A DNA stretch of 64,000 nt from an uncultured bacterium (GTDB lineage Bacteria > Zhuqueibacterota > QNDG01 > DTFT01): contig CAVTNR010000030.1 in assembly GCA_963736115.1 (NCBI GenBank), positions 1 through 64,000 on the forward strand, read 5' to 3'. This document shows, in pieces, positions 30,179 through 38,700 of this stretch. How positions within the stretch are numbered: the stretch's first letter is position 1; each line of letters starts with the position of its first letter. The notes beneath the pieces are model-generated. The model made no database searches. It had not been told where the DNA came from and worked only from the letters and a program-made list of their open reading frames with translations. A program made the translations under genes and the position numbers.

Positions 30179-30266
30179 TAATCGGGCGGCCAGAAGCCAG
30201 GTTCTTCTGGTTCCAGCTTTCCAGATCATCGGAGCCTGGGCTTCTGGCCGATCCGACGGGTCTAAT
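30179..30266. repeat. ~88-bp hairpin element, copy 2
   Basis: TAATCGGGCGGCCAGAAGCC...GCTTCTGGCCGATCCGACGGGTCTAAT. Confidence 0.8.
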
Positions 30267-30305
30267 TCCCCGGTCCCGCGAAGCGGGCGGCGTGGTTCTT
30301 CATCC

Positions 30306-30344
30306 TTGACATTCAAGGCAAATAAATGTAAATTCTGCTATAAT
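30306..30344 (+). promoter_or_regulatory. Putative rarA promoter
   Basis: TTGACA (30306) - 17 bp - TAAATT (30329); also TGCTATAAT at 30336-30344. Confidence 0.55.
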
Positions 30345-30346
30345 AT

Positions 30347-31678
30347 ATGGATCTCTTCTCGGAAACGGAAAAACCGGAACACGCGCCTGTGCCCCCTCTG
30401 GCCGAACGCATGCGGCCGTCCCGGCTGGACGGATTCGTCGGCCAGTCGCATCTGCTCGGACCGGACAAAGTGCTCCGGAAAACGATACTCTCCGGAAATC
30501 CGGTTTCCATGGTGCTCTGGGGGCCGCCCGGTGTGGGAAAAACCACGCTGGCGCGCATCATTGCCTCTGAAAGCGCGGCTGATTTCATCGCCCTGAGCGC
30601 GGTCACGGCCGGCGTGGGAGACCTCAGGAAAGTGATCGAGCGCGCCGGATCGAACCGCAGGCTGGCGGGACGCCGGACGATTCTGTTCATCGACGAAATT
30701 CACCGTTTCAACAAAGCCCAGCAGGACGCGCTCCTTCATTCCGTGGAGGACGGGACCGTGACGCTGGTCGGGGCCACAACCGAAAATCCGTCCTTCGAAG
30801 TCATCGCCCCCCTGCTGTCCCGCTGCCGTGTGTTCAAGCTTGAGCCGCTCATCGATTCAGACATCCGTCTGCTGATCGACCGGGCCCTTGAAGGGGACGA
30901 AGCGATCCGGCAGTCCGGCCTGGATGTGACCGGAGAGGCGAAGGAAACGCTGGTCCGGTATTCGGGCGGCGACGCCCGGATCGCGCTGAACGCGCTCGAA
31001 CTGGTCGGCGCGCTCACCGAGCCGTCGGAGGGCGGGCGGATCGTCACGCCGCAGATCGCGCTCGAAGCCCTTCAGAAAAGGGCATCCGTTTACGACAAGA
31101 ACGGGGACAGCCATTTCGACACGATTTCGGCTTTCATCAAGTCGATGCGCGGCTCCGATCCGGACGCGGCCGTGTACTGGCTCGCCCGGATGATCGACGC
31201 GGGCGAGGATCCCCTGTTTATCGCGAGGCGCATGGTGATACTCGCCTCTGAGGATGTCGGAAACGCGGATCCGCACGGACTGGTGCTGGCGACAGCGGCT
31301 TTCCAGGCCGTGCACGCCGTGGGCCCGCCCGAAGCCCGGATCATACTCAGCCAGGCGGCGACCTATCTCGCTTCCGCGCCGAAGAGCAATGCCGCATACG
31401 AGGCTGTCGAGTCCGCCCTGGAGGAAGTCCGGAAGGGCCCGCAGGATCCGGTGCCCCTGCATCTGCGGAACGCGGTGACGGGCCTGATGAAGGCCATGTC
31501 CTACGGCCAGGGTTACCGGTACGCGCATGATTACGAGGGCGGGTTCACGCAACAGACCCATCTGCCGGATCGACTCAAAGACCGTGTGTTTTACAAGCCG
31601 AAGGAAATCGGCGCGGAAAAAACCATCAAGGCAAGGCTCGATTTCTGGCGCGGCAGCAGGAAGGAAGCCGGTTCATAG
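30347..31678 (+). CDS. rarA: Replication-associated recombination protein A (AAA+ ATPase)
   Basis: PLAERMRP, WGPPGVGKTTLA, FIDEIHRFNKAQQD, ATTENP, ISAFIKSMRGSDPDAA and VPLHLRNA. Confidence 0.97.
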   Translation: MDLFSETEKPEHAPVPPLAERMRPSRLDGFVGQSHLLGPDKVLRKTILSGNPVSMVLWGPPGVGKTTLARIIASESAADFIALSAVTAGVGDLRKVIERAGSNRRLAGRRTILFIDEIHRFNKAQQDALLHSVEDGTVTLVGATTENPSFEVIAPLLSRCRVFKLEPLIDSDIRLLIDRALEGDEAIRQSGLDVTGEAKETLVRYSGGDARIALNALELVGALTEPSEGGRIVTPQIALEALQKRASVYDKNGDSHFDTISAFIKSMRGSDPDAAVYWLARMIDAGEDPLFIARRMVILASEDVGNADPHGLVLATAAFQAVHAVGPPEARIILSQAATYLASAPKSNAAYEAVESALEEVRKGPQDPVPLHLRNAVTGLMKAMSYGQGYRYAHDYEGGFTQQTHLPDRLKDRVFYKPKEIGAEKTIKARLDFWRGSRKEAGS

Positions 31679-31860
31679 CATCGCGGCAAGTGTCTGACGA
31701 AAAGCGTCCAGGCTTCCGGCACCTGCCGGCGGCCTGTAACACGGAAGCACCGGGAGGGTTTCGCATTATCAACGGATTCATGAAACAGAACGCGGCGGCC
31801 GGTTCGGTCTGGAACCGGGGCCATAGACAGGTCGAAATCAGGACCCGGGAAAGGCATCGA

Positions 31861-32823
31861 ATGATTGGAAATGAGATGTTCATCGGCATCGATCTGGGGG
31901 GGACGAATATCAAGGGAGGGCTGGTCAACAGCGAGGGCATCATCCTGGAGGAAAAGGACATCCCCACCGAGGTGCAGGGCGGCGTGGACCATGTGCTTTC
32001 CAGAATGGCGGATGTCATCCGCAGTCTGGTGAAGTCCGCGGGGAAAATCCCGATCCGGGGCGCGGGCATCGGGTGCCCGGGCCAGATCAATGTCAAGCGG
32101 GGGATATACCACCAGGGTCCGAATTTTCCGGGTTGGGACGGCGTGCCGATCGTATTCGAGCTTGAAAAACGGGTGGGGATTCCGATCGTCATCGACAATG
32201 ATGCCAATCTGGCGGCGCTCGGGGAATACGCCTACGGAGGCGGAAAAGGCGTGGCCGGCATGATTCTCGTCACGCTGGGCACGGGCGTCGGCGGCGGCAT
32301 CATTCTGGACGGAGCGCTGTTTCATGGGATCTCGGACGCGGCCGGTGAAATCGGCCACACGTCGATTCACATGCAAGGCCCCGTCTGCGCCTGCGGCCGC
32401 AGGGGATGCCTGGAAGCCTATGTGGGAACGAAAGGCATTCTGAGCCGGATGAAGCAGAAGCTCGCGGATGGTTCGAAATCCGTCCTGTCCGGCAAGCCCT
32501 CGGATACAATCACGCCCAAGGACATCGGCATGGCCGCGGCCGGAGGCGACGCCCCGGCGGTCGAAGTGCTTCGGGAGACGGGCGACATCCTGGGATTCGG
32601 TCTCGCCAATCTCGCCAATCTGCTGAACGTCGAGAAAATCGTCGTGGGCGGCGGCATCGCGAACGCGGGCGACTTCATTCTGAAGCCGGCCCAGGCCGCT
32701 TTGGACCGCGAGGCGCTTCCGGTCGTGCGCGAAGTGTGCCGCGTTGTGAAAGCCGAACTCGGCAATTCCGCCGGTCTCGTGGGCGCGGCCCGCGCCGCGA
32801 TGATCGCTTTTTCCAACACCTGA
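31861..32823 (+). CDS. ROK family sugar kinase (glucokinase)
   Basis: IGIDLGGTNIK, DNDAN, TLGTGVGGG, GEIGH and CACGRRGCLEAY. Confidence 0.92.
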   Translation: MIGNEMFIGIDLGGTNIKGGLVNSEGIILEEKDIPTEVQGGVDHVLSRMADVIRSLVKSAGKIPIRGAGIGCPGQINVKRGIYHQGPNFPGWDGVPIVFELEKRVGIPIVIDNDANLAALGEYAYGGGKGVAGMILVTLGTGVGGGIILDGALFHGISDAAGEIGHTSIHMQGPVCACGRRGCLEAYVGTKGILSRMKQKLADGSKSVLSGKPSDTITPKDIGMAAAGGDAPAVEVLRETGDILGFGLANLANLLNVEKIVVGGGIANAGDFILKPAQAALDREALPVVREVCRVVKAELGNSAGLVGAARAAMIAFSNT

Positions 32824-32835
32824 TTTGACCGTCCA

Positions 32836-35457
32836 GTGGAAAGCCTGAGCGGAAATCGTCTTTTGCAGTTTCTGTTCCTGCTTCTCTGGCTTCCGGCTGT
32901 AACGTCCGGGCAGACGGCCGCCCCCGCAAACACCGACACCACGGTTCAGAAAGTCAAGCCCCTCCGGGAATCGAAGAGCCTGGAGGGGCCTGTTCATTAT
33001 GAAGCCGGCCGCATCCTCCACCGGATGGATTCCAAGACCACGCTTTTAACCGGGAACGCCCGGGTCGCGTATCAGAGCATGAAGCTCCGCGCGGCCCGGA
33101 TCACCGTGGACTGGGACCGGCGCACGCTGCTGGCCGAAGGCATGCCCGATTCGGTCTGGGTGAAGACGGAGTCGGGGGATTCCGTGAAGGCGCTCCGCCT
33201 GACCGGGTTCCCGGAATTCGAGGAGTCCGGGGACGTCATGCGGGGAGAGGTCATGACCTATGACTTCGAATCGCGGCGGGGCCGCGTGCTGAGGGGCCGG
33301 ACGAATTTCGAGGACGGGTTCTATCACGGCGAAGCCCTGAAGATGATGAACGCGAAGAACATCAACGTCAGCGGCGGCAGTTTCACCACCTGCGACCGGG
33401 ACACGGCTCCCCATTTCCGTTTCTGGTCGAAACAGATGAAAATTCTCGTGAACGACAAGGTCATTGCCAGGCCCGTCGTGCTCTATGCCGGCCGCATACC
33501 CGTGATGGCCCTGCCGTTCGCGCTCTTCCCGATCAAAAAGGGACGCCATTCGGGGTTTCTGATTCCGCGGTACGGGGAAAGCACGCTCGAGGGCCGGTAC
33601 CTCAGGCGGATCGGATATTACTGGGCCCCGAACGAGTATCTGGACGTTTCGCCCACGTTCGATTTTTTCGAGAAGAGCGGCTTTCTGTTCGGCGCGGATT
33701 TGAATTACCAGGTCCGGTACAAGCTCAGCGGATCGGTTTCAGGCTCCTGGACGCGGAAGGATTTCGAGGCGTCGGGGACGACGGAAAGGCGCTGGGACCT
33801 CAGCATGCGGCACCGCCAGCAGATTTCGCAGTCGACCGAGCTGAACGTCAGCGGCAATCTGGTCAGTTCCGGCACCTTCTACAAGGAGATGAGCCTCAGC
33901 CGCGAGAGAAGGCTGCAGCAGGAGATACGGTCGAACGCCACGCTGACCCAGCGGCTGGGCGGAAAATGGAGCCTGGCCGTCAACCTGAACCAGACGAAAA
34001 ACCTGAGCACGCAGAACGTCACGGAAAGTCTGCCGCAGATCACGCTCCGGAGCGGGCAGTCGTCTCTCTTTCCGGTTTCGAAGGACGGCAAGCGCCGCGG
34101 CGAGAGCGCCTGGTACAACCAGATTTACTGGTCGTATTCCTCCACGGGCCTGTCCCGCCGCATCAAGCGAAAGTCGGGCAACGAAGAGGGCGTATTCACG
34201 GACAGGCGCAGGAGCGGCTGGGACCACACCCTCCGGCTGTCGAGCGCCCAGAAACTGCTCGGCTGGATCAACTGGAATCCTTCCCTGAATTACCGCGAAA
34301 CCTGGTACGACCGGAGCTTCACGATCGACGGGTTCGATGCGAACGGCAAAGCCGTGTCGTCCGCGGAGGCCGGATTTCATTCGAGACGTATTTTCGACGC
34401 GTCCGCCAATTTCGGGACCAAGGTGACCGGTATTTTCTATCCCAAGCTCTTCAAGTCCGTTTCGATCCGCCACGTGGCCCAGCCCAGCGTGGGCCTGTCG
34501 TATCAGCCCGATTTTTCCGACGCACAATACGGGTATTTCCAGAATGTCACGGATTCGACCGGAACCATCAAGTCCTACGACCGCTTTGAGAACACGGACT
34601 GGTTCGGGAGCTCGCTGTTTTCCGGGACGCCCCGCGAGGGCCGCAAGGGCCTCACCTACGGGCTCCAGAATCTGTTTCAGATGAAGGTGGGCGAAGGCGA
34701 CAAGGCCAGAAAGCTGGATCTGTTCAACGCCGATTTTTCAGGCGCCTACAACTGGAAGGCGAAAGAATACAAGTTCAGCGACCTGTCGGCCGTTTTCCGC
34801 GCGAGTCCCGGATCCGCATTGAATATGAGCCTCTCTTCCAGGTACACGTTTTACCGGAACGATGAAACCGGCAACCGGGTGAGCGAACTCTACATGGACG
34901 GCATCGACTGGCGCGACTGGAAAAGCGTGTTCGGATCGCGGTGGCTTAGGCGGACCAACCTGTCCGCGGACATCGGGTTCCGCTTTTCCGGAAAGGCGGG
35001 ATCCGGAGCCGCGGCCGCGGACTCGTCGTCTCCTTTCGGCGGGGACGGCTCCGGGTGGCAGCCCAGATCCGCGCCCAACAGCCGGCTCGACGACGAACCG
35101 GGCGGACCCATGGACATGGCCATCCCCTGGAGCCTGAACGCGTCCCTTGCCTACAGCGATAACCGGTCCAATCCGGTCAAACCGGACAGGACATTCTGGA
35201 TACGCAATTCCGTGGACTTCAATCTCACCCGGAACTGGAAGGTGTCCTATTCCAATCAGGTGGATGTCGAGCTGAAAAAAGCGGTCAGCCAGGATATCAG
35301 CCTGTACCGCGACCTGCATTGCTGGGAAGCCCAGATTCTGTGGACGCCGACCGGATACAACAAGCGGCTGTATTTCCGCGTCAACATCAAGTCGCCCATG
35401 CTCAAGGAGCTGAAGATCGAGAAGGGAACCGGGAGCCGGGGGCTGTACGGATACTAA
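32836..35457 (+). CDS. Putative LPS-assembly protein LptD
   Basis: OstA-like N-terminus, FTTCD-PHF, SGFLIP-YG...GYYW, C-terminal barrel with YRDLHCWE. Confidence 0.8.
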   Translation: MESLSGNRLLQFLFLLLWLPAVTSGQTAAPANTDTTVQKVKPLRESKSLEGPVHYEAGRILHRMDSKTTLLTGNARVAYQSMKLRAARITVDWDRRTLLAEGMPDSVWVKTESGDSVKALRLTGFPEFEESGDVMRGEVMTYDFESRRGRVLRGRTNFEDGFYHGEALKMMNAKNINVSGGSFTTCDRDTAPHFRFWSKQMKILVNDKVIARPVVLYAGRIPVMALPFALFPIKKGRHSGFLIPRYGESTLEGRYLRRIGYYWAPNEYLDVSPTFDFFEKSGFLFGADLNYQVRYKLSGSVSGSWTRKDFEASGTTERRWDLSMRHRQQISQSTELNVSGNLVSSGTFYKEMSLSRERRLQQEIRSNATLTQRLGGKWSLAVNLNQTKNLSTQNVTESLPQITLRSGQSSLFPVSKDGKRRGESAWYNQIYWSYSSTGLSRRIKRKSGNEEGVFTDRRRSGWDHTLRLSSAQKLLGWINWNPSLNYRETWYDRSFTIDGFDANGKAVSSAEAGFHSRRIFDASANFGTKVTGIFYPKLFKSVSIRHVAQPSVGLSYQPDFSDAQYGYFQNVTDSTGTIKSYDRFENTDWFGSSLFSGTPREGRKGLTYGLQNLFQMKVGEGDKARKLDLFNADFSGAYNWKAKEYKFSDLSAVFRASPGSALNMSLSSRYTFYRNDETGNRVSELYMDGIDWRDWKSVFGSRWLRRTNLSADIGFRFSGKAGSGAAAADSSSPFGGDGSGWQPRSAPNSRLDDEPGGPMDMAIPWSLNASLAYSDNRSNPVKPDRTFWIRNSVDFNLTRNWKVSYSNQVDVELKKAVSQDISLYRDLHCWEAQILWTPTGYNKRLYFRVNIKSPMLKELKIEKGTGSRGLYGY

Positions 35458-35459
35458 AA

Positions 35460-35744
35460 GTTCATGGTTCATAGTTCATTGTTCATAGAAAAAGCCGGTT
35501 TCGGGTTAAAAATTCATGTCGGATAGCAGGTAGCCGCAACCTTTAGGCTGCGCTTGAAGATAGTTCCGGGTTCCGGGTTGAAAAACGTTTGCACGTTTAC
35601 ACGTGCGAACGTTCTAACGTTTTCATGTTTCAGGGCATCCGCGAACAATATATATTATTATATGGTTTGATATCCTTTAACCCGGAACTCGGAACCCGGA
35701 ACCCAGAACGATTATAACGCGCAGCCTGAAGGGCTGCGGCCACC
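35460..35744. repeat. Composite intergenic repeat region: heptamer arrays, octamer array and inverted REP pair
   Basis: (GTTCATN)4 at 35460-35487; REP-B at 35529-35553; (GTTCCGG)2 at 35563-35576; ACGT-core octamers at 35584-35631; (YCRGAAC)4 at 35682-35709; inverted REP-B at 35719-35744. Confidence 0.8.
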
Positions 35745-35788
35745 TTGATTCCTTCGCAATGTGTTTCCATACTCCAGGGAGGTGTCCG

Positions 35789-38700
35789 ATGAAACGCCTG
35801 CGATTCCTGCCCGTTCCAGCCGTCCTGATCCTCGTTCTTCTTCTTTCCGCCTGCGGAGACACAGGGCCGGCCATACCGGATTCCATGGCAATGCCGGAAG
35901 CAGCGGCGCGCGTGGTCGCCGAAGCCACGGCCGGCCTGGTCCCGGTGAACGGCGCAATCCGCGTCCGGTTCGCGGAGCCTGTTGCGGATCCGTCCATGAT
36001 TTCCCCGGATCCGTCCAATCCCAGGCCTCTGGCCGGGGGACTCTTCAGATTCGAGCCGAAAATCAAGGGCGTTGCTTTCTGGCTGGACGATCGGACCCTG
36101 GTTTTCAGGCCGGCCAAAGATCTTGAGGCCGGGACAAAATACAGGGGGGGTCTGGACCTGTCACGCGTGATCGCACGCAAGGACGGAGATCCACTCCCGG
36201 TCCTGCCGCTTCAATTCACGGCCGCGGCCCTGGCCATGGCGGCATTCGACGGCGATTTCGAGCTGGTGGACGGAAATGATCCCAAAAAGCTGGTCTACAG
36301 CGGATCCGTGACATTCACCCAGCCCGTGCCGCTGAAGGATATCACCGAAGCTGTTTCCGTGCTGGTGAATGACCGGAAATGGGACGTATCCCTCGAATCC
36401 GACGGATCGGGAGCCAAATACCGGTTCCGGACCGCGGTCATTCCCAGGGACGACACGCAGAAAACGCTGTTGTTCCGGATACCGGCCGGGAAGCTCGGAC
36501 TGGCCGAGGACATGCAGAAAAGCGCCTTTCTTCCGCCGCTCACGGACATGGAAGTGACGGAGGTGAGCGCGGCCGCAGGGTCGAAGGAAACCGCGATCAC
36601 GATCCGGTTTTCCGACGAGCTTGATGCGCGACGGTCCATCGGCGACCGGATCGCCTTGGAGCCGGCCGGTGATTTCGTTTTCGCGGTCGAGGGCCGGGAG
36701 GTGACGGTAACGGGCCCGTTCGATTTCGGAAAGCCGTATGTCGTCATCGTAGCCAAGGGCATACGCGGCAAATGGGGCACATCCACCCGAGCCGAAACCC
36801 GGCATACGGTCACGGTCGAGGACCTGAAACCCGAAATCCGGTTTACGAGCGAAGGCGTATATGTCGCTTCATCCGCGGGCCGGAAAATCCGCTTTGAAAC
36901 CGTGAATGTGAGGCGGGTCCGGCTGAAAATCGTCCGGGTGTTCGAGAACAATCTCGGGCAGTTCCTGCAGATGAAAAAGCTGGCCGGCCGCACGGGCTCG
37001 GAGGATTGGGATTATGAGGGCGGATACGTCCCCGGCGGCATGGAGCGCGTCGGCGTCGACGTTGCGAACGACACGCTGGAGATCGGGGACAGGCGGAATG
37101 CGAGGCTCCTGCACGAGCTTGATCTGAACCGGATCGTCAAGAAGGAGGACCGGGGCCTGTACCTGATCCGCCTGAGTTTCGAACGGAAAGACATGCTGTA
37201 CAAGGATATCGGCGAATCACCCGAGCGCGGGGGTTATTATTCCGGAGAAGCCGAGGATCCGGGGTCCTGGTATTATCTCTACAATCACGGCACGATTGAA
37301 AAGCCGGTTGTTTTCAGCGACATCGGCCTGACCTGCAAGAAAGCCGGTGCGCGATACTGGGTCATGGCCACGAACCTATTGACCGCGGAACCGATGTCCG
37401 GCGTGGCTGTGACGTTACGCACCTATCAGAACCAGATCGCGGGACAGGCGGAAACGAACGGATCCGGAATCGCCGACCTGCCGGCTGTTCAGGGAGACAT
37501 TTTCTACGTGGCGGCCGAGAAGGACGGGCACAGGAGCGCGGTCAAGCCGTCCGAGATGGGCTGGGCCCTGTCCGGTTTCGACACCGGCGGAGAGGAGGCC
37601 GCTCCGGACGGTATCCGCGCGTTCATCTATTCCGAGCGGGGCGTCCACCGGCCCGGCGATACGGTGTACCTCGGATGCATTTTGCGCAACCCGGACGGCA
37701 CTTTTCCGGACCGGCATCCCGTGACGCTCAAAGTGTTCAATCCGCGGAATCAGCTCGCGGTTCAGGAAACATCCAAGGACGGAGTTGACGGATTTACGAG
37801 TTTCAGGTTCTCCACGAACGCAGACGATCCCACCGGCCGCTGGATCGCGCGGTTCCAGGCCGGAGGCCGTTCATTCGAATACGGTCTCAGAATCGAGACC
37901 GTGGTCCCGTACACCCTGAAGATCGGCCTGACTTCAGACAGAAAAAAGGCCGGCCCCGCGGACAAGACCTGTTCATTCTCTCTGTCCGCGGATTACCTGT
38001 TCGGCGCGCCAGCGGCCGGACTTGAAGCGTCCCTGGAAGTGCTTCTCAGAAAAAGAAATATGTCTTTCAAGTCCTTCCCCGCATTCCGTTTCGACAATCC
38101 TGTACTTGAAACCCGTTACGATGCGGAGAATGTGTACAGCGGAGCGACAGACGGCCAGGGCAAGACGCGGACCGTGTGGGAAATGCCTTCCCTGAGAGGC
38201 GCCGCCTCCGCGCTCGAGGCGGTCGTGACGGCGCGGGTGATCGAAAAGGGCGGCCGGCCGAACGGCGCGGTTCTGGTTCTGCCGGTCGATCCGTATCCGC
38301 GGTACGTCGGCATCCGGCCGGCGGACCAGGCAGATTGGACGAGGACCGGCGCGCCGCTCGAGCTCCCGGTTGTTCTGGTCGACTCGGAAGGCAATCCCGC
38401 GGCCGGCCGGACTTTGAACGTCCGGGTGTTCCTGAACCGCCAGCACTGGTGGTGGGAATACGAGGATGAATCCGATTCGAGGCTCCGCTTCAAGGCCGAT
38501 CGTGAAACGCGCCTGGTCCATCAGACGGTTCTGGCTTCGGCTGAAAAGCCGGTCCCGCTGTCCTATACGCCGGACGCGCCGGGCCAGTATTTCGTCGAGA
38601 TCCAGGACGGCCGGGACGGGCATACCGCTGGGTTTTTCTTTTCCGCGACCGCCTGGGGCGAGATTCCGGCGGGAGCGGAAGGGCCGGATCTGCTGACGCT

